A DNA stretch of 63,475 nucleotides, filler included, from Globobulimina sp. (Eukaryota): NCBI GenBank assembly GCA_003354225.1. It is 34 parts of 34 records of this genome, joined end to end, with 100 filler letters (N's around TTAATTAATTAA, not from the genome) between each part and the next. Parts side by side here need not be neighbours in the genome. Positions count along the whole stretch, not along the records: positions 11,227 to 12,997 come from PIVH01012141.1; positions 13,098 to 14,868 come from PIVH01012142.1; positions 14,969 to 16,739 come from PIVH01012143.1; positions 16,840 to 18,610 come from PIVH01012144.1; positions 18,711 to 20,481 come from PIVH01012145.1; positions 20,582 to 22,352 come from PIVH01012146.1; positions 22,453 to 24,222 come from PIVH01012147.1; 27 more parts are not named here. One strand, 5' to 3'. The translations under genes and the position numbers were made by a program. The number at the start of each line of letters is the position of its first letter. The first letter of the stretch is position 1. Positions 11,227 to 23,666 of this stretch are shown here, piece after piece. Under the pieces are notes generated by a model. It had not been told where the DNA came from and did not search any database. It saw only the letters and a list, made by a program, of their open reading frames with translations.

Positions 11227-12627
11227 CCGATCTAAAGTTTGGACCAAATTGGGTATTATTCCAAAATAAGTAATTATGATAAAAATACATTAGATACTCC
11301 CAAATTAACCATTTTACGAAAATTGCCAAAATCCCCAGGTACTGAATCCACGAACAGTCAATATGAAGGTAAAAAAAACGGCATTTTGAATGTTTTATGT
11401 AACGATATTAACAATGATATTGACAGCAGCCGTTGTGATAACATCGATGATGAGAAACCAACCCAAAAAGGATGGTATTACGTAAATAAAAAAGGAGAAA
11501 CAAAAGGACCTATTTCTATGCGCAAATTAAAACTATTATACACTACGAAACAATTAAAAGACGACAATTATGTATGGAACGGCTTTGATGTCAAACATTG
11601 GACACCGTTGAAAAATACTACAATATTCAATATTGACTCATATTTTGAAAAAACGTTTTTTAAAAATTGCGGATATAAAAAAGATATTTTTATGATCGAT
11701 AATAAGACTGCTCATAATATTGATGAATATTTATGTGGGATTTGTAATAATATTTGTAGAGAATGCGTGGAATTATGCTGTGATTTTGGCCATTTATTTT
11801 GTAAATTTTGTATCACGCAATATATGAAAATAAACAAAATCAATAAGAAATGTCCAAAATGTTGCTGTGAGAATAGGACTTCGGAAATAAAATTAGAATT
11901 AGAATTTCATAAAATACAATATGTTGAAAGGAAAATCCAAGAGTTACAATGTAAATGTTGTAATTACAAAATGAAGTGTTTGTGGATTGGGACAGTAAAC
12001 AAATTATATGCACATCTAAGGAATGAATGTAAATTTGAACAGAATAATATTAATCAGAATAAACAAGAAAACGAAGAGAGAAAATGCATAAACAATGAGG
12101 AAGATATCGCGGAAAGAATAGTGAAATGCGTATATTATAAACTTGGATGTGTCAAAACTATGAAATATAAACAGTTAAAGCAACATTTGAATGAATATAT
12201 TGTAAAACATAATCAATTGCAATTTATTTATTTTAATGTTATGGTGAATACACATAAATATATATATGTGTCGGCATCGGCAGACATTCCGTCAGCATTA
12301 TCAATCATAAATGGTTTATATATACGGATAAATATCAATGGAATGAAGCCAATGTATAAAAAAGAAGAAAGTAAATGTTTTTGTAATATACGTTTTAATT
12401 TTGCATATAATAAATGGATTTTTGAAACGAAAGATAAGAAAATATTATTAGTTGAGAGAGAGAATAAAAATAAGAATAATAATAATGAAGATATTGATCC
12501 ATGCAACGTATTATTTGAAAACAGTGAAACACTAGCACTGATCATACCGGCCCATGTCAATTCCCGGTCAAAACTGGCCGGTAATACATTAAAATATCAC
12601 AATAACTCCCCTAGAGAGTTATTGTGA
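11227..12627 (+). CDS. GYF_2 + RING + TRAF-type zinc-finger protein (5' partial; 3' end possibly chimeric)
   Basis: WYYVNKKGETKGPIS..L..LY....L.DD.YVW....HW (GYF_2); CGIC..C.FGHLFCKFC..CPKC (RING); C.N....C.W.G....L..HL..EC and C.Y...GC (TRAF ZnF). Confidence 0.8.
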
Positions 12628-12997
12628 TATTATTAACAATCCCGGCTATGGGATATATGTCACGCAAGGGTAACCAACCATCAGCAACTGTGATATCAGT
12701 AACAATGACGATTATGGCTTATATGTAGATGCTGCATCAGCTGCAATCACAAACAGCACCTTCACCAGTAATGGTAATTATGATCTCTACACAAGTGGTA
12801 TTTGTACCGGTAGTGTTATCACGGACAATACGTTTAATACCGGTGTATATATTGCCGGTACTGGCGTTGCGGACTTTACTGCCAACACCATTGTTTATAA
12901 CAGCAGTCAACAAGTAAATGTATCGTATCTTAACGACCTGTTTAATATGAACACATTAACCAATTTTGACGAAAACAGTTATTTTAAAATTATCGGC
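12617..12997 (+). pseudogene. Bacterial-like right-handed parallel beta-helix repeat fragment with an internal stop
   Basis: Hand translation: SYCDIINNPGYGIYVTQG*PTISNCDISNNDDYGLYVDAASAAITNSTFTSNGNYDLY..VITDNTFNTGVYI; TAA at 12671-12673. Not in the ORF track. Confidence 0.65.
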
Positions 12998-13097
12998 NNN
13001 NNNNNNNNNNNNNNNNNNNNNNNNNNNNNNNNNNNNNNNNNTTAATTAATTAANNNNNNNNNNNNNNNNNNNNNNNNNNNNNNNNNNNNNNNNNNNN

Positions 13098-14729
13098 TGT
13101 GGCGGCGGAGCCGGTCGTCGCGTTTTTGGGGGTTGTTTGTCATTTACATTCTCATCATATAATGATTGAATATATCGCTCTTTAAACTGCCATAATGTGT
13201 TCGCAATATTTCTTACTTTTTCTTTATAGCAATCAAACTTTCGCGGAAACGATTTACTTCCATCAACACTTAACCTCCAAAATGAATGTCGATTCAACGC
13301 ACTTCCCATTTTCCGCAGCGTCGATTCAACGCACTTCCCATGTTTTTCAAAGTACACACTTTTCTTAGTAGCAGCGTAATCTTTTGCGACTGAAAATATA
13401 TCAATGCATAATGCGTCAATCTCATTTACTTTTTTTGAAATCGACAATAAAGGCAGGGGACTCGGCAAACAATTTGTTTCTCGTTTGTGCGAAAATATTA
13501 ATTTATAGCCAAGTTTGTTAATCACTTGAATCCAAATATTAGGCTCATTTTCTATTTGCACTCGTTTTATTTTCCATAATTGGGAAGCGTCATTCATGAA
13601 AGCACAAAATGTGGCCACAGCTCTATTTGGTACAGCAGTTAGCCAGTAATCATCGGACATAGTTAATCTTAATCCTCCCCACATATTCCCGGCAGCAACA
13701 TATTCAAATTTCTGCGCATAACATCGTTTACGTGGATTCCAAAATTGCACACAATATAATGTAGGTCCCCCAGCATCCGCAGCTTCGGCGCATAAACCAT
13801 AATAACATGATTCTAACATAAATGTAGTTGATTCACTATGTATCAATCTATCAATTATATTTATTCTGCTGTCAATATGTTGTTTTGCTAATTTAGCGGG
13901 TTCAGGGTTTAACTTAACTTCCTCCAATTCTTTCAACATCCAATTATCTAAAACAGATTTCTTTTCTTGTTGACCTTCATCAATGTTCGATTTCTTTTCT
14001 TGTTGACCTTCATCAAAGTTCCCATGTATTTTCTTAATTAAATCTGGAGCATAATGTAAGGATTCTAAGCAATGTAGCCAGCCCGACCCAGGTTTTGTTA
14101 TGTCTTCGAGGTGCTTTCTACAGCAGCTCCATAATGTTTCTTTATATTTGTTTAATCCCACCTCAAGATCAAAGTGGGTATACAACTTATTTTCAAGCAT
14201 TAAATATTGTAAAACATCATCGTTGAATAGATATGCAGTGTCAACCAGTAATTCAAATTGATTATCAATATGATTAATTTGCAAGGTCTCTACAATATAT
14301 TTCAAGCCTTCCAGCCATCCTTTTTTACAAATTCCTTCGGTATACGCGTATCCAACGTATTTGTCCCTGTGAATGAGATCTTGGCCACAAATTGTGGATG
14401 AACCGAATAAATCAACCTGCGTAATGTTGCATACATTATTACATTTTCAAGAATCAAGAGTATGAAGTACTGTATATCGTCAGCACACAGGTTGTTTGTT
14501 ATACATATCATACTCTCATAACTTCGTAACATTGAATAGAAAGCATTATTAATATAAGCATACCTACCGTAGAAAATCTATTATGTAAATCAAAATGCAT
14601 GTTACCACCGAGAAAATACCAAAACCATTTGTTCCAACATTGCAAGCCTCCTTCATACAGTCCAATAATATCACCATAAATATTTGTATGTAATGCATAT
14701 ATTCCATAATACAGCAAATATTCTGTCAT
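13098..14729 (-). pseudogene. Fragmented hypothetical gene, possibly with a divergent SET-like domain
   Basis: Three overlapping ORFs in different frames; YYGLCAE..DDYWLTA..AFMND..EPN loosely follows SET motifs; short internal duplications. Confidence 0.35.
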
Positions 14730-14968
14730 TGTGTGATTGTCCCGGCACCTTTGTCCATGTGCAAATATTTGAGATATTTTTGGTTTATATTTTTCTACCT
14801 CTTGTTTGTTGTTTGTGTCATCAATAATTCCGTTCCATTTCGAATCAATTCTAATCTGTTTTCTTTGCNNNNNNNNNNNNNNNNNNNNNNNNNNNNNNNN
14901 NNNNNNNNNNNNTTAATTAATTAANNNNNNNNNNNNNNNNNNNNNNNNNNNNNNNNNNNNNNNNNNNN

Positions 14969-15716
14969 TAAATGAGTGGGTGCAGCAGTTGCAGCTCGAT
15001 AATATCTTCTCATTCCTGAGGAATTTTGAAAAAATAGCAGCCACTGGGCAGTTAGTTTCACAATTTCGTGGGAAACGAGGAAGAAAACCACAAGATAGGA
15101 TTGTGAAAATGCAGTTTGATAAACACAATTTACCGAAAACAATCTCGTGGGGCAGTGGTAGTCGACATATTTATTGTAAGGACATACTATACATAGCATA
15201 TGGACATTGGACGCCAGCTTTTGAAGCTCGAAAAGAGGAATTGAATGCATCATTGTGTTTTAGTGTTGTGGGGAAATCAAGGCAATGCCCACAGATATTG
15301 AATGCTCAAACAGCTACTACAGGAATGGCAAAGTTGTGGGTCAAGGGATTAAGAATGCTGATTGGACACAGTGAGAAGAAGAGCAATGAGTTAGCAAAAC
15401 AAACCTTTGAATGCCGCGATTTGGCCGGATTTCGGAATGTAAGTAAGAAGCAAAGGGAAAGAACTTATTTGTAAACACTGTGAGGACTGTCTTCAGAAAC
15501 TTAGAAGAAGAAAGAATATGGGATATTGACCAATCTCTAAGAGAGCGATTTAATGCAAAATCACTCTATGAATTAGCATTGAGAGGCGATATACCATGGC
15601 GACAATGGAATCATTGGGTGAGAGAAAAAATTGTGACATATTTACGAGAAAATAGTCGCATCGCAGTGATCGCACAGCAAAGCTATGAATCTAATGCAAG
15701 TAATGAAGGGAAATAA
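14969..15716 (+). pseudogene. PLC-type PH-domain protein, frameshifted
   Basis: ISWG..RHI..DI.YIAYG.....F...LCFSVV....ILN...AKLWVKGLR is PH-like. The downstream segment (15480-15716) is in another frame with no room for an intron. Confidence 0.55.
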
Positions 15717-15805
15717 TATACATTTTTAGTTGCTGTCCCTTAATTTGTAGAGTTAAACCCTTAATTTGTAGATTTATGTAGATGGAACAACAAATTACCA
15801 GCTGA

Positions 15806-16399
15806 CTAATTTTGCTTTTGCAGTTTACTATTTTTCTCATTTTGAATTTCTTGTTTTTGTTTTTTCAATCTATCCCTCATAAAATAGAACCTGACCGCCA
15901 ACATTCCGCAGTAAACAGACATTCCTAAAACAATCCATGTATATACGCGTTCCATTGACGATATTGCTTCCATTTCAATAACAACATCTTCCTTCACACT
16001 GGATTTGATTATACGATGCTGCGCCTTTGGTTTATCCCCACCGACTTCAATCTGATCCTCTGCCTTTGGATCATAATCTGGATCATATTCCGGATTAAAT
16101 ATCCTTGAGTCGGGCGCTTGTTTTTTGCTTATTTCTGTTTCATATAATCCCAATACTTCCAATTCCTGCGTGTTTTCAAATTCATCCTCCATAAAATCTG
16201 GTTTTCCTGGCAATGCTTTATTTATATCTACAGCTTCTGTGCCATTTATTTGCTGCTTTTTTATGGAACTGAATGAAGATATTGATAGGTTGATGATGTT
16301 TGTGTTTCTGTGCAACGGTTGTATGATGTTATAATTTGCACAACATTTGATCCGCTTTGAAACGTGAGAAATTACAGGATTTTTCCACAATGATTGCAT
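15806..16399 (-). CDS. Hypothetical single-TM protein, probably mitochondrial
   Basis: Complete ORF with a basic transit-peptide-like N-terminus and one C-terminal TM helix. Confidence 0.6.
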   Translation of the reverse strand: MQSLWKNPVISHVSKRIKCCANYNIIQPLHRNTNIINLSISSFSSIKKQQINGTEAVDINKALPGKPDFMEDEFENTQELEVLGLYETEISKKQAPDSRIFNPEYDPDYDPKAEDQIEVGGDKPKAQHRIIKSSVKEDVVIEMEAISSMERVYTWIVLGMSVYCGMLAVRFYFMRDRLKKQKQEIQNEKNSKLQKQN

Positions 16400-16839
16400 G
16401 TTTAGATATGATCAATATTACACTGCAAATAATTCAACATAAGATGACCAAGTTTATGATTTCAAATGTGACGACATGCTCAACGTGAAAATGTTTTAAA
16501 TAAAAAGCGAAAAGACTGCGTTAGAAATCGACGTAGAACAAGCAAAGTCCGACGATGTCAGATTTGTGGAAAACTATAGATTTGTGCTTATGTCCCAGTG
16601 TGAGATCAATTAAAAAAAAACAAATACGAAAAAAACATACATAGAAATAAATAAATTAAGAACAAGAATAGAAATCAACAAAATAAAAAAGTAATCACAT
16701 TAATTAAAAAAAAATAAGTACGAAAAAACATAATAAATANNNNNNNNNNNNNNNNNNNNNNNNNNNNNNNNNNNNNNNNNNNNTTAATTAATTAANNNNN
16801 NNNNNNNNNNNNNNNNNNNNNNNNNNNNNNNNNNNNNNN

Positions 16840-17239
16840 AGGAATGCATGCAAGATATCGTGCATTGTATGTATGGCAATGGAGTGTTGTGTTAAATATG
16901 ACGGTAAAACATATATTTCTAAATTTTTGTCAAGATCATTGTGTTAATAAAATATATTTGGAATCACAAAGTTTATTATCAACATCCAACTATCAACAAC
17001 AACTTGCAATGTTTTTGAATGAAACCTATGAGTATGGAATTCAAATTGAAATGGTGCTTGGATATCATATATGGGCATTGCAAATTAATCATAATGATTG
17101 TTTGAAATATGTTGATTGGGCAATACAATTTGTTAATCATTTGACTGTTGTCGATGATGAATTTGCTTCAGATAAAGGAATTTATGTCACCAATAGTTTG
17201 CTATTTAGCATTGTCTTTGTAGCTATACAATTGATTTAA
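16840..17239 (+). CDS. 3' end of a membrane-anchored protein with a glycoside-hydrolase-like alpha/beta segment
   Basis: RALYVW..FCQDHCVNKIYL..LAMFL....YGIQIEMVLG...WA, followed by a hydrophobic C-terminal tail. Confidence 0.4.
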
Positions 17240-17352
17240 ACGTATTGACATATTCTACTATCATCTCTGTATCGAACTTACAGACTATCAGTGTTGATAT
17301 ATTATTATTTGACGCGACTTTTTCTGTGTAAAATTATCAACTATACTTTATA

Positions 17353-18561
17353 ATGGCACACCTTAATCATCCGTCAATAACTGAACTGAACCAAAAGAAG
17401 TCAGTGTCGACAGGAAAAGAAGCATATTTACAACAAGTACTATCAGACACAGAAGAATCGTCAGATAAACAATATGATGTCATACCAAGTGTCATTGAAG
17501 AAGAAAGATTGAAAAAATTTAGTCATTCCGGCGAGAAATACTTTAAAATATTAATTGATTCAATACATACTTATAAAGATAAACCATTAACAGCTATAAA
17601 TGATGATTTTGTATTTAATATAAATGATATTTTTCAAGGAACATTTGTCGATAATAAAATTGTATTATTTGGTGAACCGTATAATGTATATTGCAAATCA
17701 TGCGATGTTGAGCCAATAGATATTGATCATAAAACATATTTACATAAACAAAAAGAAAGAGAAAGGAATCAAAAAAATAAAAATATTCGAAATTATAAAA
17801 TGGCAGAAAATGTACATGTCAGTGATATTGATATCAAACTGGAAGAAAATGCAAAATTAATGGATGAAAATAACAAAAATAATAAAGATAAGCAGAAGGA
17901 TCCATCACTGAGCGATTATGCAAAAATAGAGAATAAAGGTTATGCCGCAGTCGATTATGACTCAGACGATGAAGATGGCGCAATTATTATTATTAAAACA
18001 AAAATATGGTTTAAACGATATCCGTATAATAAGATTTGTTTAATGTTCGCATTTTTGCTAATTTTAACATTGGATTTTTTATTAATTATATTTATAAATA
18101 ATTTGAGTGAAACTACAAACTCTATCGATGATACAACATGCGATAAAAATAACTTTTTATTAATTTATAATGGAACATATTTAAGTGTTGCTACCATTGC
18201 ATTATTCGGACTGATAATGTTTTGTTTATTATTATATTTTGAACCATTAATGGCTGAAAGGAATGTATCGAAATCAATGATAAATGGGACATGTTTTATG
18301 ATGGTAATATTGTATTTGGGTATAAGTGTTTGGCAAATGTTTGATATGAAAAACGAAATAAAATCTGGAATTGTAGGGTTAAGTGAAGATATCCAATGCA
18401 ATATTGACGAGAATAGCAAATATATTCTTGATTTACAACATATGTATGATATTATTGATGTTTTAATTATATTAAAATTATTACAAGCAGTTGTATTAGT
18501 TTTATTAGCTTTCATTGTTGTTTGTATTCGATCGCGATCTGTACGAACCGATGGTAAATAA
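17353..18561 (+). CDS. Hypothetical 4-TM membrane protein
   Basis: 402-aa ORF with a charged N-half and four hydrophobic helices in the C-half. Confidence 0.65.
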   Translation: MAHLNHPSITELNQKKSVSTGKEAYLQQVLSDTEESSDKQYDVIPSVIEEERLKKFSHSGEKYFKILIDSIHTYKDKPLTAINDDFVFNINDIFQGTFVDNKIVLFGEPYNVYCKSCDVEPIDIDHKTYLHKQKERERNQKNKNIRNYKMAENVHVSDIDIKLEENAKLMDENNKNNKDKQKDPSLSDYAKIENKGYAAVDYDSDDEDGAIIIIKTKIWFKRYPYNKICLMFAFLLILTLDFLLIIFINNLSETTNSIDDTTCDKNNFLLIYNGTYLSVATIALFGLIMFCLLLYFEPLMAERNVSKSMINGTCFMMVILYLGISVWQMFDMKNEIKSGIVGLSEDIQCNIDENSKYILDLQHMYDIIDVLIILKLLQAVVLVLLAFIVVCIRSRSVRTDGK

Positions 18562-18993
18562 TCTCTGTAATTTTATTATTGTACTGCATGTATGCTTTTT
18601 TTTTAGTATTNNNNNNNNNNNNNNNNNNNNNNNNNNNNNNNNNNNNNNNNNNNNTTAATTAATTAANNNNNNNNNNNNNNNNNNNNNNNNNNNNNNNNNN
18701 NNNNNNNNNNGAGAGCCTCCTCGGCCAAAAACTGTGTTTTCGGAAACGTTACTCATCCTCGAAACGAAAAAGTTGAATATGAATAATATACTAATATTTA
18801 GGTGTGGCACGTTTGTGGCACGTTAGTCAATCACAAAAGAAGTCAATTTTATATTATGTATTTTTTTTGTACGGGGTGTTTCCACCATATGAACATGTGC
18901 AAATAGCCCCTTTTTGAACTGCTGAATTGTGGATGACCAACGAATCGAACATCACAGCACTAATATATTTTGGTAAAAAACTTGTATTAAAGC

Positions 18994-20229
18994 ATGGCAG
19001 AGGATAGCAAACTTATTCTGAATGAAGAATCACAAATTGAAGGCGATGCTGACACAAGAAATAAATCATTTGTATTTACAACATCAAGGCGCACTGAATT
19101 TGTTATTATATTTAATCAATTTGTCTGGATAACATTACAAATGTTATTTGAGATTGTACCCGGAATATTTCAAATGCAAATGTTAGGACATTTACCTAAT
19201 GGCGCATACTATTTATCGGCTGTTGGTTTAGGCAGAACTTTTGCAAATGTCATCGGTCGAGCACAGGCTTGGGGGCTAACCACTGGTTTATTCACGTATG
19301 TGTGTTTTGACCCGTTGTGCTCTCATATCATTCTATAAATAAATCAAAAACAAAATAAAATAAATAGATTACTGCCCCAATGCATTGGCGCAAACAAATA
19401 TGATTTAATAACTGAATATGTTCAAAGATCATTTTATGTCACAACATTTACCTGTTTCTTATTATCATTCGCCCAGTTATTTGCTGGTGACATTATGGTT
19501 GCGATCGGGCAATCCGCGGAATTAAAGGATCTGATTAATTTGTACTGTCGCGTTTATATTCCAAATGCTTTTTTAAATACATGGTTAACGATAATACAGC
19601 GCCTATTGCAAGCTCTGGACCATAACAAAGACATTACCTTTGCTCAGATTTTCTCATTTGCTATATCCTATCCTTTGTATTATTTCTTAATTTATTATTT
19701 GGATTTAAAAGCTGTTGGAGGTGCTATGGGTGCGTCAATATTGAGTTTAATGTATGTTCCTTCTACAATGAATGCTAATATTTGTTGATGAAAGTACATA
19801 ATAACTAATAAATCAGCATGTTGATAGGTTGCTGCTGTTGTTTGTTTTATCGTGGATATGGATACGTATTCAAACCGTTGTCACTGTCAATAACTTTGGA
19901 AAGTAAACGAGTGAAAGAATATATTTTTTTGTCATTGCCTGGTTTGTTTCAAAACGCCTTCGAATGGATAATATTAGAGGTCGCTACTTTGTTGGCTGGA
20001 TATATAATATCACCGCAGATTGCCATCTCAACCACGGTTATAATGGGCAACTTATTAGGTTTTGTGATTGCTTTTGCGTTTGGTATTGCCAACTCGACAA
20101 ATATTCGCGTTGGTGGATATATTGGAGCTAAAAGAGTGCAAAGGGCTAAAATAGCTGCGCAACTTGGCATTGTTATTCTTATTATTGTAAATATTGTGTT
20201 TGCTACAGTTTATGCAATATTCCATGCAG
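18994..20229 (+). CDS. MATE family efflux transporter (multi-exon, truncated)
   Basis: MLGHL..LSAVGLG..AWGLTTGLFT|LLPQCIGA, QRLLQA, EWIILEV..LAG and RVGGYIGAKR..RAK are MATE motifs. GT-AG introns near 19296-19368 and 19752-19816; the gene breaks off after about 20230. Confidence 0.85.
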
Positions 20230-20257
20230 GTATATATAGTTTGGAAATTAGCATGTT

Positions 20258-20479
20258 TCACTTTTGATACTTTTGAGAATATATATTTGAAACAAATGTA
20301 TTGACCTCTAAATGATCTATAACCAACTTTTTTCGTGTTTCTTGTATCATTGCATCTGATAGGTCTGATGCTGTTAAATCAAATCCTGCGTGAGCTAATG
20401 GCAATGTTAAAGCCCCTGTACCACATGCAATGTCAATGACTCCTTTTTCACCATACTTACTATCATTTTCATAGGGATT
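20258..20479 (-). pseudogene. Bacterial-like class I SAM methyltransferase N-terminal fragment
   Basis: Hand translation: ..KYGEKGVIDIACGTGALTLPLAHAGFDLTASDLSDAMIQETRKKL..; ends prematurely against the truncated MATE gene. Not in the ORF track. Confidence 0.7.
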
Positions 20480-21135
20480 ACNNNNNNNNNNNNNNNNNNN
20501 NNNNNNNNNNNNNNNNNNNNNNNNNTTAATTAATTAANNNNNNNNNNNNNNNNNNNNNNNNNNNNNNNNNNNNNNNNNNNNTTTGTTTAGTATCTGGCGA
20601 AGACTTACTGTTTTTTTCTAGGTTTTTTTGTTTCCTTTCACTTCACAATTCACAATTATGTAAAAAATCTGAAAAAGAAAAAAACAAAGTAAATATTTAT
20701 TAATTATGCATTGCATAATGAAAATAATTAATATCATATTGATTGGCTGTGTATTACATTATATTTTCAGTAACAAATGGTTAGATTTGTATACATTTAG
20801 AATAGTATGATAGTTATCGTATAGTTTGAAAATGTTTATTGTATTCCACTCTCTCATTAATTAAATACGCCAATCTCATATTAAATACGCCAGCTATAAA
20901 TCGGTGCTATGGCACCTCGAAAAATAACGCATCGATGGATTGATGCTTCTGCACCTCATGAAATACCATCGATCGATGCATTCCAGTCAGCAAAAAATAT
21001 GGTGGAGTTGATTGGTGGTATTTATATTGGATTTATGGATGTAAAAATTATATAAGCTGTTTGGGGGAGAAAAAAGTAGTAAATTACAGTAATGTACAGT
21101 CACAGACACAAAATTAAAATAATTAAAATTAGTAA

Positions 21136-22352
21136 TTACTGCTCATTCTCTTTTTCTTCATCGCCTTCACCTTCATCCGGAGAGTCTGGAGGTTCCTCAG
21201 CATCATCATCAGCATCATCCTCATCATCGTCATTCTTTTGTGGATCAAATGAAATGTCATCATTTCGAATATATGGCGCCCATCTAAGTGATCTACATAA
21301 TTGTTGGTCCATTTCCTTTGGACTCACATCCTCTTTATTCTCATCATCACATTTTGTGTACAGCAATTTTTCACTGGGTTGCGCCAATTTTTTTACACCA
21401 AACACAATGGCATTCATACACAACTTATTAAACAAGTATTTTATCAACGAACCAGGCTTTAAAAAATCACAAAATGGAGGCGGTAAATTTGCGCATAACT
21501 CATCCAATTTAGCCGTAATATCTTCTACGGCGCTACCAATTGTTTCAAATAATTTATTTGCAATCATATCTTGCATACAACGACGAACAACAAACAACCA
21601 TTTCGACACTCTGTCATTTAAAAATGCATTCAATGGCTTACCCAATGCGTCCACAAATGTACTATGCGCCGATGATGCATCCGCGGGACGCCATGACTGC
21701 GCAAAGGAGGCAATTAAATCGGCCATACCGCAGATGGTCTCTTTTGCCAATGAAATAATTAACTTTTCGGTGGCATTGCCGCAATACCAACAGCTACGTC
21801 GCAATGTGCTCGCCAATGAAAAATAATCGATGGCCAATTTGCGGCCCGACTCACGGCAGGCTGCACGCAACAGACTTTCATGCGTTTTCTCGTCAAATTT
21901 CTCGCACGCCGCATCTAAATATTTTACAATGGGAATGAAGGCGCGCACACTCGCTCGACTTAGAATGTACGCACAATCACATAACGCGATTGTTAGTCTG
22001 TAATGATTCGTTTGTAAGTCGGCCAAGAAGGGCACATATTGTATTAAGCCGTCCCCATCGCCCAAATTATACTGAATATAACCGACATATTTATGGCATT
22101 TGTTCATATCATCAATCGATGCTAATAAATCGCTTAAAATATCGCCAAATTTGCCATTCTTGTTTTTAATCGCTAGCAACGCGCGATCAATGCAACCAAA
22201 TCTCGACACAAAATCAAAGTCATTTGCTTCCAAATCGTCATTGCTGACAGTAATGGCTTGCTGTAGTTTTTCAAATTTATCTTTAATAATTTTGCCCAAC
22301 GGCTCCAATGCCAACGATATTAACTGCTTGATTTTGTCGCTCACTTTGTCCA
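21136..22352 (-). CDS. Hypothetical alpha-helical protein with acidic tail (5' partial)
   Basis: Over 400-aa uninterrupted ORF with helical character and a D/E-rich C-terminus. Confidence 0.65.
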
Positions 22353-22592
22353 NNNNNNNNNNNNNNNNNNNNNNNNNNNNNNNNNNNNNNNNNNNNTTAA
22401 TTAATTAANNNNNNNNNNNNNNNNNNNNNNNNNNNNNNNNNNNNNNNNNNNNACATACAGGCAACCTTTACACACAAACACACAAAAATGTCGACGCCAT
22501 CATAAACCTTGCACACATTTCACTGAAAAAAAAAACTTAGCAACACATTTCACTTCGCGTGTGCCGCGCTTCTGCGTGCAAGGATACAAACA

Positions 22593-23455
22593 TCACAAAC
22601 AAGACAAAAACAACGCAAAATCGCAAAGAAATATTAAAAGAAAACCAAACTTGTGCAGCTTTGGAGAAGCATAACCACAAAAACGTATGGGAGTGATTCT
22701 TTTGCCGCCACGTATTAAAAATGAACACAACTGAATCTGTCGTTTGCTGCCAGGACATATGGTAGATTTGATATATTTTTTCTTGGATTTCTTGGATTTT
22801 GAGGATTGCGAATGGTTATAATTGTGCGAGTGTGATTGTTTCGGATTGTATTTTGTTTGTATATGTGTATAGGATTTATTTGGGAAATATTTGAACGAAT
22901 TACATTTGGGACGGCTATGATAGCCCATCCTGAGTGACTGTGGATTGCCCATCATCGCAACCGGTGCATTCATCAGAAGATGATGATGAGGCGGAACTGG
23001 ACGAACTCGATGAAGAACTGGTGGTTGATACCGAGGATAAACTGGGCGACGAAACATACCGCTGTTTGTTTTTTAAATGCGTATATGCTTTGGATGGATT
23101 TGCATTCGATTTACAATGCGTTGCTGTGGCTGCTTGTTTATGCAATGCTTTTCGTTCAGCAACACATTGTTTTTTAATCTGATTAATGGTGGAATATACA
23201 ATGGGCGGTATACACACAGATGACAGCGAGACATGAACACCATGGACACCCAGCAGATCGCTATTGTTGTTATCAGTGTCATATGGATTCTCATCACAAT
23301 AATGCGGCGAATAATGAGTACGGCTCAGCTTGTTCAGGTGATAATGGTTGTTTTTATGATGGTTGTTATGATACAGGTTTCTACGAGATTTGTAACTCAT
23401 ACTCTGAGTGTTTGCATTATTTGTTTCAAGGAAATTTGTTTGGATATTTCTTAAC
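22593..23455 (-). CDS. Low-complexity S/H/N/K-rich hypothetical protein (exon structure uncertain)
   Basis: Overlapping ORFs 22915-23400 and 22593-23057 with low-complexity content. Confidence 0.35.
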
Positions 23456-23666
23456 TGTGCACAGGTAGCTAATAGGCAGAATAGTAATGATTACGTGTGT
23501 TTTTTTTGTTTGTCTTTTTTTTTTGACTACGATCTCCGCTGAGATGCAATGGATTATATGTTGATAAGTTTAGGTTTTTTAGAGTGAAAAAATCTTAGTA
23601 AGGAAAATCATCGTTTCGTTCGCAATTTGGATTTTTTATCGCAAATTCGCAAAATACAGTTGCTAA

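Noticed and set aside
21092-21826. 244-aa + strand ORF
   Set aside because: Antisense shadow of the 21136-22344 gene; the poly-Ser mirrors its acidic tail.
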